Positions 20,001 through 29,955 of a stretch of 64,000 nucleotides of DNA are shown piece by piece. Each line of letters starts with the position of its first letter. The first letter of the stretch is position 1. This DNA is from Bacteroidia bacterium (GTDB taxonomy: Bacteria; Bacteroidota; Bacteroidia; 2-12-FULL-35-15), in the NCBI GenBank assembly GCA_045805205.1, contig JBJMLR010000001.1, positions 120,677 to 184,676 on the forward strand, given 5' to 3'. The translations under genes were made by a program, and so were the position numbers. The notes beneath the pieces were generated by a model. That model had not been told where the DNA came from. It worked only from the letters and a program-made list of their open reading frames with translations, and made no database searches.

Positions 20001-20953
20001 TATTGCCTTATCTGAAACCGGTCATCCGTCAGCGTTTTCAGAAATTCCAGCAAATCGCTTTTTTCTGCGGAGCTAAGATTCAATTTCTGCATGAGTGTAT
20101 CGGAGTTGATCGCACCTTTCACAAATTTTTCCGGATCATTGTAATGTTCAATTACTTCTTCGAGTGTTCTGAACATGCCGTTGTGCATATACGGTCCTGT
20201 AACGGACACGTTCCGCAATCCCGGAGTTTTGAATTTTCCTATGTCCGCACTGTCTTTTGAAATTTCCGAACGTCCTTTGTCGCTCAATTCCTTTCCGTTA
20301 TACAACCCGATGTTCCGGAATTGATCGCCGGTAAAATCCGGGCCGAAATGGCAATCAAAACATTTCGCCTTGATATTAAAAATCTGCTGTCCGCGCTTTG
20401 CTGCATCACTGATGGCTTTTTCATCGCCCTTCATAAACCGGTCAAAAGGAGTTGCGCTGGTTTCCAGTGTCCGCTCGAATGAAACGATGGCATCGAGCAG
20501 ATTTGCCCTGTTTGGTAATTCGCCGTACAGTTTCCGGAACCATTTTGAATAATCCGGATCTGCATTTAGCCGCTTCACAGCTTCAGCCACAGGCAAATTC
20601 ATTTCCGCCGGGTTTTCGATCGGGCCCGAAGCCTGCTCTTCCATGCTCGCTGCACGTCCATCCCAAAAAAAGCTATTTCTTGCGCTGAGATTCATCGAGG
20701 AGGGAGTGTTGCGTGTTCCGCGCTTTCCGCCCACACCTTTGCTCAGAGCGGAGGTGTCTGCGAAAGCATGCTCGGGGATATGACAGCTGGCGCAGCTGAC
20801 AGAGTGATCATCGGAAAGAATAGCATCGGAAAACAACATCTTGCCCAGCTCTACTTTGTCTGCGGGCTCCGGTTTTTGTTCTTCAGGAGCAGGAGCGTTG
20901 CAGGAAATTGTTGCAATGGTCAGAAAGGCAGGGAGTAAAAGGAGTTTGCGCAT
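20000..20953 (-). CDS. di-haem cytochrome c peroxidase (CcpA/MauG family)
   Basis: Two CxxCH haem motifs (CASCH, CFDCH); size and spacing typical of bacterial CCP. Confidence 0.85.
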   Translation of the reverse strand: MRKLLLLPAFLTIATISCNAPAPEEQKPEPADKVELGKMLFSDAILSDDHSVSCASCHIPEHAFADTSALSKGVGGKRGTRNTPSSMNLSARNSFFWDGRAASMEEQASGPIENPAEMNLPVAEAVKRLNADPDYSKWFRKLYGELPNRANLLDAIVSFERTLETSATPFDRFMKGDEKAISDAAKRGQQIFNIKAKCFDCHFGPDFTGDQFRNIGLYNGKELSDKGRSEISKDSADIGKFKTPGLRNVSVTGPYMHNGMFRTLEEVIEHYNDPEKFVKGAINSDTLMQKLNLSSAEKSDLLEFLKTLTDDRFQIRQ

Positions 20954-20996
20954 TATAAAATTTTAAAAAACGCGCAAATTTAAGTTTTCTAAATGT

Positions 20997-21004
20997 TATA
21001 TTTG
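20997..21004 (+). promoter_or_regulatory. -7 box TATATTTG upstream of the cyclophilin gene
   Basis: Exact TAnnTTTG 33 nt before ATG at 21037. Confidence 0.4.
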
Positions 21005-21036
21005 TGTGCATCTAATTATTAATAGAAAAAATAAAA

Positions 21037-21474
21037 ATGACAACAGCAGAAATCGTAACAGCCAAAGGCACAATGAAAGTGGAATTCTATGAGCAGGACG
21101 CTCCCGGAACAGTGAAGAATTTTGTGGACCTGGCAAAAAAAGGATTTTATGACGGATTAACGTTCCACCGTGTTATCCCCGGATTTGTGATCCAGGGCGG
21201 ATGTCCGAAAGGGATCGGTACCGGCGGACCGGGTTATACGATCAAATGTGAATTGGATGGCGGCAACCAGTTCCATGACCGCGGTGTGCTTTCAATGGCG
21301 CACGCAGGCAAAGATACCGGCGGTTCCCAGTTTTTTATTGTGATGAGCCGTGCGCAGACTGCTCACCTGGACAGAAAACATACGTGTTTTGGAAAAGTTG
21401 TGGAAGGACTTCCGGTGATCGAAGAGATCCGCCAGGGAGATAAGATCGAAAAGATCACCATTCATGAAAATTAG
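21037..21474 (+). CDS. peptidyl-prolyl cis-trans isomerase, cyclophilin type
   Basis: 145 aa; [13 protein letters not shown] ... [16 protein letters not shown] cyclophilin signature. Confidence 0.9.
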   Translation: MTTAEIVTAKGTMKVEFYEQDAPGTVKNFVDLAKKGFYDGLTFHRVIPGFVIQGGCPKGIGTGGPGYTIKCELDGGNQFHDRGVLSMAHAGKDTGGSQFFIVMSRAQTAHLDRKHTCFGKVVEGLPVIEEIRQGDKIEKITIHEN

Positions 21475-21645
21475 CCAGGCTTCCGCTGGTAGCTGAAATT
21501 TGCCATTCGTGTATTTTTAAGAAGCAAAATCAGCGGACCCGCGTAATTTAGCTATGAATATATTCCACTACTCTATTTTAGTGTGAGGATTCTCAAAAGG
21601 GAATGGTACCGTAGCAGCCATTCCCTTCTTTAATTAATAGCGAAC

Positions 21646-23487
21646 ATGAAATACCTGATCACTCCCCTTTTTGTTGTTTTACAGATCTGTCTTTTTGCTG
21701 AGAATAAATATTCATTCACGGTCGATCTGAACCAATGTGTAAATGATAAGCTCAGGATCGAGCTTACTGTTCCTGATCTGAATACCGGCGAAGCCATTTA
21801 TCGTCTTCCCAAAATAGTTCCGGGAACATACGAGATTCTGAACTTCGGCCGCTTTGTCAGCGATTTTGAAGCGTATGATACGGACGGAAAGCCACTCGCT
21901 GTGGATCATCCTGATGCCAATACATGGAAAGTCAGGAATGGGGAGCGTTTGAAAAAGGTGAGCTACCTGGTTGAAGATACCTGGGATACGAATATCAGAG
22001 AACCTATCGTGTTTGAGCCTGCCGGAAGCAATTTCGAAGCCGGCAGGAATTTTATGCTTAATACGCATTGTCTGTTCGGTTATTTCGAGGGGATGACACG
22101 CACACCCTATGAGGTAAAGATCCTGCATCCGCAGAATATGTATGGGTCTACGGGCCTAAGTGACGTTATTTCGAAAGAAAATACGGATACCTATTCAACC
22201 GACAATTATATGGAGCTCCAGGATTCGCCGATCATGTATTGCGAACCGGATACTGCTATCCTGAATGTGGGTGGAGCGAAGGTGCTCATTTCGGTATATT
22301 CGCAAAACAAGGTTGCCAGTGCCGCATTTATTGCCGGGGAGATCAAAGATATTCTTGCAGCACAGAAAGAATACCTTGGCGGCTCACTGCCGATCAAAAA
22401 GTATGCATACCTCATTTACCTGACAGGTACAACCGGGCTTTCAGGCGCGAATGGTGCTCTTGAGCATAGCTATTCATCCATGTATTATCTGAATGAGCGC
22501 GAACCAAAATACCTCGGACAAACGATCCGCGATGTAAGTGCGCATGAGTTCTTTCACATTGTAACACCACTCAGCATTCATTCGAAGGAGATCGGCGATT
22601 TTAATTACAGCGATCCGAAAATGTCGGAGCATCTCTGGCTGTATGAAGGCACCACTGAATATGCCGCCGGATTGGTCCAGGTCAAATATGGCTCGATGAC
22701 ACCTGATGAATACCTGAAGGTGATCGAAAGCAAGTATGCCGGCTCCATGAGCTACAATGACTCTGTTCCTTTTACAGTGATGAGTAAAGATTGTCTTGTG
22801 AAGTACAAGAATCAGTATAACAATGTGTATGAAAAAGGTGCGCTCATCGGTTTGTGCCTGGACATTAAGCTGCGTGCCTTATCGGATGGAAAATACGGCT
22901 TGCAGGAGCTCATGAAGGATCTTTCAAAAACCTATGGTAAGAACGTTTCTTTTAATGACGATGAATTGTTTGACCAGATCGTGAAGCTGACCTATCCCGA
23001 GATCGGTGATTTCTTCAAACGTTATGTCGCGGGTTCGGAACCATTGCCCCTGAAAGAAATGCTCGCGCTGACCGGAATCGCGTTTGGAGAGGAAAATGCC
23101 GAAAAGCATCTTTCTTTCGGAGGGGTCGCGATCGGTGTGAATGCCGCAACGAATAAATTGATGTTCGTGAATACAGCTTCAATGGATGATTTTGGCCGTA
23201 TGATGGATTACCATGAATACGATGAGTTGCGGAAATTCAACGGAAAAAAAGTTACGCTGCAGAATGCCCAGCAGGTGATCGGTGAATTTATGGCAAGTGC
23301 AAAGGAAGGAGATGAATTGGATGTTGTTGTAGGGAGAAAAAAATCTGAGAACGGCCGGGCAAAAAAAGTGAAGCTGCATGCAAAGCTGTTCCCCGTGGCG
23401 CCATCGAAGAAAAATAACCTGGTGCTCCGGACGGATGCAACGGATCAGCAACTGAAGATCCGCAGGGCCTGGATGGGAAGCCACTGA
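21646..23487 (+). CDS. M61-like metallopeptidase with C-terminal PDZ-like region
   Basis: 613 aa; signal peptide; HEFFH zinc motif followed by YEGTTEY; size and architecture like M61 glycyl aminopeptidases. Confidence 0.45.
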   Translation: MKYLITPLFVVLQICLFAENKYSFTVDLNQCVNDKLRIELTVPDLNTGEAIYRLPKIVPGTYEILNFGRFVSDFEAYDTDGKPLAVDHPDANTWKVRNGERLKKVSYLVEDTWDTNIREPIVFEPAGSNFEAGRNFMLNTHCLFGYFEGMTRTPYEVKILHPQNMYGSTGLSDVISKENTDTYSTDNYMELQDSPIMYCEPDTAILNVGGAKVLISVYSQNKVASAAFIAGEIKDILAAQKEYLGGSLPIKKYAYLIYLTGTTGLSGANGALEHSYSSMYYLNEREPKYLGQTIRDVSAHEFFHIVTPLSIHSKEIGDFNYSDPKMSEHLWLYEGTTEYAAGLVQVKYGSMTPDEYLKVIESKYAGSMSYNDSVPFTVMSKDCLVKYKNQYNNVYEKGALIGLCLDIKLRALSDGKYGLQELMKDLSKTYGKNVSFNDDELFDQIVKLTYPEIGDFFKRYVAGSEPLPLKEMLALTGIAFGEENAEKHLSFGGVAIGVNAATNKLMFVNTASMDDFGRMMDYHEYDELRKFNGKKVTLQNAQQVIGEFMASAKEGDELDVVVGRKKSENGRAKKVKLHAKLFPVAPSKKNNLVLRTDATDQQLKIRRAWMGSH

Positions 23488-23490
23488 GAG

Positions 23491-24528
23491 ATGGATAAAA
23501 AAAAGCTATACTGGATTTGCCAGACCGGCGGTTGGTCCTTCCTGGCCGTAATGAATGGTTTTTTTCTGAAGCTAAGCGGCAATGAAAATGTGACGATGAG
23601 CATGCTGATCCTGCTGCTGCTTGGAATTCTATTTTCTCATGTATACAGGAACCTGATCGTGCGTTTCGGCTGGCTCCGCTTCAAAGTGTTGTCGCTCATC
23701 CCGCGTGTGATCTTTGCAACGCTCCTGCTTTCCCTGCTGCTTTATTATGTAAAGTTTGTATTCGAGTTCATGTTCGGGATCACAGGCGATTTTCAGCATG
23801 ATCTATTGGAAGTGGTGACAAGTGTTTTGAATATCACCCCGTTTTTTTTTTCCTGGTCGCTGATCTATTTCCTGTTTCACTTTATCGAAAATTATAAAAA
23901 GGCGGAGATTGAAAATCTTAAATGGGAGGCGTCCATCAATGAAGTAGAGCTGAATAAGCTGAAGTCGCAGCTCAATCCTCATTTCATGTTCAACGCGATG
24001 AACAGCATCCGTGCTTTGGTGGACGAAAATCCCGGTAAATCCAAAGATGCGATCACACAGCTCTCGAACATTCTCCGGAACACTTTGCAAATGGGTAAGA
24101 ATCGCGTAATTCCCTTCGATGAAGAGCTGAAGATCGTAAATGATTATCTTGCGCTCGAGTCCATCCGTTATGAAGAACGTTTAAAAGCGATCGTGAAGAT
24201 CCATCCGCAAAGCAGGGATTTTAACGTTCCTCCGCTGATGATCCAGACACTGATCGAAAACGGGATCAAGCATGGGATTTCAAAGCTTGTACAGGGCGGC
24301 AAAATAGAGGTGGAAACGAATGTAGAGAATGAAAAGCTGACAGTGAAGATCTGCAACAGCGGACAGATTGTTGAGAAACCGGATTCAGAAAGCGGCTTCG
24401 GGATCAAAAATACATTGCAGCGCCTGCAATTATTATACGGAAATGGTGCTTCATTAAGTATCCGGAACCAGGATGGGGTCAGTGTAATAACAGAATTGGT
24501 AATCCCTAAAAAAATAGATCTTAAATGA
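23491..24528 (+). CDS. sensor histidine kinase, LytS/YehU family (His_kinase PF06580 type)
   Basis: N-terminal multi-TM domain; LNPHFMFNAMNSIRALV H-box typical of LytS-type kinases; HATPase region. Confidence 0.8.
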   Translation: MDKKKLYWICQTGGWSFLAVMNGFFLKLSGNENVTMSMLILLLLGILFSHVYRNLIVRFGWLRFKVLSLIPRVIFATLLLSLLLYYVKFVFEFMFGITGDFQHDLLEVVTSVLNITPFFFSWSLIYFLFHFIENYKKAEIENLKWEASINEVELNKLKSQLNPHFMFNAMNSIRALVDENPGKSKDAITQLSNILRNTLQMGKNRVIPFDEELKIVNDYLALESIRYEERLKAIVKIHPQSRDFNVPPLMIQTLIENGIKHGISKLVQGGKIEVETNVENEKLTVKICNSGQIVEKPDSESGFGIKNTLQRLQLLYGNGASLSIRNQDGVSVITELVIPKKIDLK

Positions 24529-25247
24529 AAGCAGTAGTAATTGATGACGAACGTCTTGCGCGCCAGGAGCTGAAAAGCTTGTTAAGCGCATATCCCGAGA
24601 TCCAGGTAGTAGGAGAGGCGAGCAACGTTGAAACCGGGATCGAAAGCATCAAACAGCTTAAGCCGGATGTCATCTTCCTGGATATCCAGATGCCCGGTAA
24701 GAATGGATTCGAGCTGCTGGAAGAGATCAGCGGTGTGCCGGAGGTGGTTTTTGTTACCGCTTATGACGAACATGCGATCAGGGCCTTTGAGGTGAATGCA
24801 CTCGACTACCTGCTGAAACCGGTGCAGCCGAACCGCCTTGCGGAAACGGTCAAAAAAATTCTCAACAAGGAAAGCAGCGAAAAGCAGGAGTCCAGGGAGC
24901 AAACAATGCCATTGAATGACACCGATCAGGTATTCGTAAAGGATGGCGAAAAATGCTGGTTCGTGAAGCTGAGCGAGATCCGTTTGTTTGAATCGGAGGG
25001 AAATTATGTTCGCATCTACTTTGACAAAAACCGCCCGCTGATCCTCCGCTCTCTGAATAACCTCGATGAGCGCCTGAATAACCGTACGTTCTTCCGCGCA
25101 AGCCGCAAGCATATCATCAATCTGAAGTGGGTGGAGAGCATTGAAAACTGGTTCAACGGCGGCCTGATGGTGAAACTCAGGGGAGGAGAACAGGTGGAGA
25201 TCTCACGCAGACAGGCAGCCAGACTGAAAGATATGATGAGTCTCTGA
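24525..25247 (+). CDS. LytTR family DNA-binding response regulator
   Basis: Receiver domain (DDERLAR ... IFLDIQMPGKNG) plus C-terminal LytTR domain; start overlaps the kinase stop (ATGA). Confidence 0.85.
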   Translation: MKAVVIDDERLARQELKSLLSAYPEIQVVGEASNVETGIESIKQLKPDVIFLDIQMPGKNGFELLEEISGVPEVVFVTAYDEHAIRAFEVNALDYLLKPVQPNRLAETVKKILNKESSEKQESREQTMPLNDTDQVFVKDGEKCWFVKLSEIRLFESEGNYVRIYFDKNRPLILRSLNNLDERLNNRTFFRASRKHIINLKWVESIENWFNGGLMVKLRGGEQVEISRRQAARLKDMMSL

Positions 25248-25861
25248 TGCAGCAGACAGGGTGGGAAAAATACTGGAAAGAGAAGCGAAACAAGAACAGG
25301 GTTCTTATCTCACTTTCCGCTCTCACACTTACGCTTTTTCTCTTCGTAAAATTTCTGACCTACAATGAAACACGTTCCGGATTTTGCTTCCCGGATCCGG
25401 TGCTTCATCTTTTTAAGCCTTACGCACTTTCCGAATACACATTCTTCATTACTTATGTTCTCGGAATTTATGGATTGATCACCTGCGCCCAGAAACCGCA
25501 TTTATTTTTACGCCTGATCCAGGCGTATACGATCATGACCCTGTTGAGAATGGGATGTATGTTCCTGCTCCCGCTTGAGCCGCCCGCAACCATTATTCCA
25601 TTGCGTGATTCATTTCTCCGGCATTCATTTTACTCCGGAAGGGAAAATTTGAAAGATCTGTTCTTTTCAGGGCACACGGCGACCATTTGCTTATTCGTTT
25701 TCATTTTTGAGAACGTGCGGTTTAAATGGTTCTATGCCGTAGGAGCAGCTGCGGTGGGAATGCTGCTGATATTGCAGCATGTGCATTACAGCATTGATGT
25801 AATGGCTGCGCCGTTGTTCGCCTGGTTAGGCGTCTTCATACAAAAAAAGGTGTTTTCCTGA
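25247..25861 (+). CDS. PAP2_C / sphingomyelin-synthase-like membrane phosphotransferase
   Basis: Multi-TM; FFSGHTAT (D3-like SGHT) and HVHYSIDV (D4-like HYxxDV) motifs; start overlaps the regulator stop (TGATG). Confidence 0.4.
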   Translation: MQQTGWEKYWKEKRNKNRVLISLSALTLTLFLFVKFLTYNETRSGFCFPDPVLHLFKPYALSEYTFFITYVLGIYGLITCAQKPHLFLRLIQAYTIMTLLRMGCMFLLPLEPPATIIPLRDSFLRHSFYSGRENLKDLFFSGHTATICLFVFIFENVRFKWFYAVGAAAVGMLLILQHVHYSIDVMAAPLFAWLGVFIQKKVFS

Positions 25862-26002
25862 TCTATAGTTCGTCCTTGTCTTCGAATTCGATCTCGAAAG
25901 GAGAGAGCAGGAACCCGATGATGCCAATAAACAATATCAGTAATAAGACAGATGCTTCCATTGTTTTTTTATTTGCAAAGGAAGCGATGTGGAATGAAGG
26001 AA

Positions 26003-26590
26003 TTATAAAGACTGTATTATCCTCCCGTTAACATATTCACGGAGCTCGGGAAAAAATTTCCGGAACTCATTTTCAAACGAGGAGTAATGTTCTTTCAGAT
26101 CATGTATTGATTTTTCCATGTTCGATTCGAATTTTGCACGTCCTGACATTCCCTGCAGCACCCGCTCAATTCCCTCCAGCTTTGCATAAGCGTTGAGGAT
26201 ATCATATTCCAGCATATACTTTGTAAAGCGCTGTGATTTGACGGGGAACGAATTGCTTCTCTCGCTCAGGAGCCGGTATATCTTCTTCGTGAAATCAGGC
26301 AGACTTTCATCCGAGTAGTTTTCCCAGTTTGCAGCGAGAAAATGATCATAATAAATATCCACGATCACTCCTGCATATTTCCTGTATTTTGGTCGTAACC
26401 GCCGCTTGCTCAGCTCGACAACCGGATGCTGATCCGTAAATGTGTCGATCTCCCGGTGCAGGACGATCCCTTTCCGGATCTCCTCAGGAAAATCATTAAT
26501 CACCTGTCCTTTTACCGAATCAGCAATATAATTGCCGATCAGGAGCCCTTCGGAATTGCCGGAAAGATAGATGTGGGAAAGGAAATTCAT
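26003..26590 (-). CDS. acyl carrier protein phosphodiesterase (AcpH)-like
   Basis: N-terminus MNFLSHIYLSGNSEGLLIGNYIADSVKG matches the AcpH N-terminal pattern (MNFLAHLHLA...). Confidence 0.5.
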   Translation of the reverse strand: MNFLSHIYLSGNSEGLLIGNYIADSVKGQVINDFPEEIRKGIVLHREIDTFTDQHPVVELSKRRLRPKYRKYAGVIVDIYYDHFLAANWENYSDESLPDFTKKIYRLLSERSNSFPVKSQRFTKYMLEYDILNAYAKLEGIERVLQGMSGRAKFESNMEKSIHDLKEHYSSFENEFRKFFPELREYVNGRIIQSL

Positions 26591-26626
26591 TGGTCCGCTA
26601 ATGTTTAGTAAATTTAAGCATTATTC

Positions 26627-27955
26627 ATGCTGATACGAACACTTCATAAAAGTATACTGCCGCTGATCATCGGGATCGTCCTGCTATGCTCTTCCAATAT
26701 CCAGTGGGGAGGGGACAAGTGGAAGGATATTATCGAAGCGGATGGCAACGGATATTACGCTTATCTGCCGGCGATGTTCATTTATCATGATCTGCATTTC
26801 GATTTTTATGACAGCATCGATAAAAAATATTCAAATCCGCATTTGCGTTATGATTACCGGATGAATGCGGATGGTGGAACTGTCGACAAATATTATGTGG
26901 GGACGGCCGTAGCGATGTCGCCTTTCTTCTTTATCGCACACGCATGCGCCAGTGACGCCGACGGGTTTTCGAAGATCTACCCGGTAATGATCAATGTAGC
27001 TGCCATCTTTTATCTTTTGCTGGCGCTGATCTTTTTAAGAAAGCTCCTGCTCCGGTTGGGTGCTGCAGATCATATCATTTCATTTATTCTTGTTGCGATC
27101 GTTTTCGGAACAAATGTGTTTTACTATGCCGTATGTGAACCGGCGATGTCGCATATTTATTCGTTTGCGTTCATTACGATATTTCTTTATTACCTGCAGG
27201 AGTTCTTCCGCTCAGCGAATACCAAAACACTCCTGCTGCTTTCTTTTTTACTCGGGATGATCGTCCTGATCAGGCCGGTGAACGGACTTGTTGTCTTGAT
27301 CATTCCTTTTATTGCGGGCGGGAAAGAGCCTCTGAAAAAAGCCTGGAGATGGTTATTGCAGCATCCCGTGTCAGCTGGTGCCGGCTTTGTTGTTCTGATG
27401 CTTATGATCGGGATTCAGCTGGTGATCTATAAAATTCAGACGGGACATTTTTTTGTTTATGCATACGGAAATGAAAATTTCAATTGGTCGGATCCCCATC
27501 CGCTGGATTTTCTGTTCAGTTATAAAAAAGGATTGTTTGTATATACCCCCCTGATCTTTTTGAGCTTATATGGCACGCTCCTGTATTTCAAAAAAAATAC
27601 TTTTCAGTTCTACTCCATTGCTTTCTTTTCGATTGTCCTCCTGTATGTTTTGTCCTCCTGGTGGAACTGGTGGTACGGCGGCAGCTTCAGCTCGCGGGTT
27701 TCGCTGGAATACTATGGCCTGGCAGCGATCATGCTCTGGACCGCATATGAAGAGATGCGTTCGAAAATATCAAGAAGTATTTTCTCCGGACTTATTGTTT
27801 GCTGCATTGTGCTTTGCCAGGTGCAGACATTTCAATACCGTTATTACCTGATCCATTGGGAAAAGATGGATAAGGAGCATTATTGGAGAGTATTTATGCG
27901 AATGGATAAAACGGGTGACGAAAACCCGAATAAAGATCTTCTGTCGGGCGGATAA
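26627..27955 (+). CDS. polytopic integral membrane protein, hypothetical (possibly glycosyltransferase-like)
   Basis: 442 aa with at least 10 predicted TM helices; no confident motif. Confidence 0.3.
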   Translation: MLIRTLHKSILPLIIGIVLLCSSNIQWGGDKWKDIIEADGNGYYAYLPAMFIYHDLHFDFYDSIDKKYSNPHLRYDYRMNADGGTVDKYYVGTAVAMSPFFFIAHACASDADGFSKIYPVMINVAAIFYLLLALIFLRKLLLRLGAADHIISFILVAIVFGTNVFYYAVCEPAMSHIYSFAFITIFLYYLQEFFRSANTKTLLLLSFLLGMIVLIRPVNGLVVLIIPFIAGGKEPLKKAWRWLLQHPVSAGAGFVVLMLMIGIQLVIYKIQTGHFFVYAYGNENFNWSDPHPLDFLFSYKKGLFVYTPLIFLSLYGTLLYFKKNTFQFYSIAFFSIVLLYVLSSWWNWWYGGSFSSRVSLEYYGLAAIMLWTAYEEMRSKISRSIFSGLIVCCIVLCQVQTFQYRYYLIHWEKMDKEHYWRVFMRMDKTGDENPNKDLLSGG

Positions 27956-27956
27956 G

Positions 27957-28724
27957 CTATAATTCCTTTGCTTTGTTCCAATAAACATCCATCTCAGCGA
28001 GGGTCATATCGCTGAGCTGTTTTCCGGACTTCTTTGCTTCTGATTCCAGGTACTGAAAGCGTTTGATGAATTTCTTGTTGGTTTTTTCAAGCGCATCTTC
28101 CGGATTAATATTTACGAAGCGCGCATAATTGATCAGGGAGAACAAAACATCTCCGAATTCTCCTTCGATCTTTTCCGTCGGCGCACCGCTGTCGATCTCC
28201 TCTTTCAGCTCATTGATCTCTTCCTGTACTTTTTCCCAGACCTGCTCCGGCTTTTCCCAATCGAATCCTACTGCCCGGGCTTTTTCCTGGATGCGCGAAG
28301 CTTTTACAAGCGAAGGAAGGGACGTCGGCACACCTCCGAGCACGGATTTATTGCCTTCTTTCAGCTTTAATTTTTCCCAGTTCTCCTTGACCTCCTGTTC
28401 ATTCTGAACCTTTACATCGCCGTAGATATGCGGGTGGCGGCTGATCAGCTTTTCACAAAGCGAATTGATCACATCCGCAATGTCAAACTCCTTTGTTTCT
28501 GAAGCAATGCGGGCATAAAAAACAATATGGAGAAGCACATCGCCAAGCTCTTTCTTAATATTTTGCATGTCCTTTTCAATGATCGCATCGGCAAGCTCAT
28601 AGGTCTCCTCAATGGTCAGGTGCCGCAGACTTTCGATCGTTTGTTTTTTGTCCCAGGGACACTGTTCACGCAATTCATCCATAATTATGAGCAGACGCTC
28701 AAAGGCTTTCAGTTTTTCTTCCAT
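27957..28724 (-). CDS. mazG: nucleoside triphosphate pyrophosphohydrolase MazG
   Basis: Tandem MazG domains; canonical N-terminus MEEKLKAFERLLIIMDELREQCPWDKKQT at 28724; the ORF-track 73-aa upstream extension overlaps the divergent promoter. Confidence 0.85.
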   Translation of the reverse strand: MEEKLKAFERLLIIMDELREQCPWDKKQTIESLRHLTIEETYELADAIIEKDMQNIKKELGDVLLHIVFYARIASETKEFDIADVINSLCEKLISRHPHIYGDVKVQNEQEVKENWEKLKLKEGNKSVLGGVPTSLPSLVKASRIQEKARAVGFDWEKPEQVWEKVQEEINELKEEIDSGAPTEKIEGEFGDVLFSLINYARFVNINPEDALEKTNKKFIKRFQYLESEAKKSGKQLSDMTLAEMDVYWNKAKEL

Positions 28725-28824
28725 TTTGAGTATTTTAGGGGAATATCGGCGTTTTCCGAGGGGGAAATTACGCAATAATCGAACGTGGGAAAGCCAATAA
28801 TTTTGATAATTTTGTAAACAACGA

Positions 28825-29955
28825 ATGAGTACCGCCAAGGCATATTTCCGGAGAGTCCGGCTCAGCATAATTGCGGCAGCTGTCATGCTGCTTTCTCTTT
28901 CTGCGCAAGCCGGGGATTCGACCCGTTGTAAAAAGAATTTCATTCTCTCAGCGCAGGGGCATTTCGGTTATTCTATCGCCCACCATGATTACATGGCCCA
29001 CCTGATCAAGGATCATATCTACGGTGCTGAGCTGAATTATATTTTCCGCACCTGCGGGAAGAAATGCTGGCAGCCGATGTATAAATTTCCGGAATTTGGT
29101 TTTTCGGGTGTTTTCGTTTACCTCGGTAATCCTGCTCAGCTTGGTAATCTTGTTGCATTATATCCTTATACAAATCTGCGGCTGAACAAAGAGCGGAGAA
29201 AATTCGATCTCGCGCTGCGCCTGGGATTTGGAATGGCTTATATCACAAAACCGTTTGACAGGATCACCAATCATCAGAACAATGCCATCGGCTCACATTA
29301 CAATGGCTTTGTGAATGTCCGGCTTTCCGGATCGTTCATGTTGGCAAAAGCCTGGCGGATGGATATGGGCGTCGGTCTGATGCATGCATCCAATGGCTCG
29401 ATGCGTACGCCGAACCTCGGACTGAACATGGCCACGGTCAATATGGGAGTAGGTTATGTATTCGGCGACAAAAATCTGCAGATGAAATGTGATTCTGTCA
29501 TGCCGAAAATTTCAAAACGCTGGCACAGCGCGGTAATTGGCGTTGCCGGTGTGAAAGAGCTCGAGCATCCGGGCGGCTCAAAATACATGGCTTATGGTCT
29601 TATGCTGAACAGTTACTGGTCGAAAAACTATAAGAACCGGTTCGGCGGCGGACTGGAAATTTCCTATAATAATGCAACCCGGCACGAAGCTATTTTTGAT
29701 ACGATCTCCGTCGTGAAAAATACCGAGATCCTGCAGGGAGGAGCCAAGCTGGGGTATGTGTTCCAGCTCGACCGGCTTTCCTTCCCGATTGAATTCGGAG
29801 CCTATTTTTACAGAAGCAAAGGAAATGACGATCTGTTCTTTCACAGGATCGGCCTTCGCTACATGATGAACAAACATTTTATCGCCAGTGTTACACTGCT
29901 GACACATTGGGCGAAAGCAGATTATTTTGAGTTTGGTTTTGGATACGAATTATAA
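28825..29955 (+). CDS. outer-membrane beta-barrel protein, possible lipid A deacylase / acyloxyacyl hydrolase (PagL-like)
   Basis: Signal peptide; beta-strand periodicity; MHASNGS H-x-S-N motif as in PagL-like hydrolases; weak assignment. Confidence 0.3.
   Translation: MSTAKAYFRRVRLSIIAAAVMLLSLSAQAGDSTRCKKNFILSAQGHFGYSIAHHDYMAHLIKDHIYGAELNYIFRTCGKKCWQPMYKFPEFGFSGVFVYLGNPAQLGNLVALYPYTNLRLNKERRKFDLALRLGFGMAYITKPFDRITNHQNNAIGSHYNGFVNVRLSGSFMLAKAWRMDMGVGLMHASNGSMRTPNLGLNMATVNMGVGYVFGDKNLQMKCDSVMPKISKRWHSAVIGVAGVKELEHPGGSKYMAYGLMLNSYWSKNYKNRFGGGLEISYNNATRHEAIFDTISVVKNTEILQGGAKLGYVFQLDRLSFPIEFGAYFYRSKGNDDLFFHRIGLRYMMNKHFIASVTLLTHWAKADYFEFGFGYEL

Noticed and set aside
21592-21630. Hairpin aagggaatgg-taccgtagcag-ccattccctt as a riboswitch or attenuator upstream of the M61-like gene
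   Set aside because: It is a clean 10-bp stem but has no flanking conserved riboswitch motifs. It is most simply the terminator of the cyclophilin gene sitting just before the next gene's start.
28725-28943. 73-aa N-terminal extension of the mazG ORF
   Set aside because: MazG homologues begin MEEKLKAF.... The extension overlaps the start of the divergent outer-membrane protein gene at 28825.
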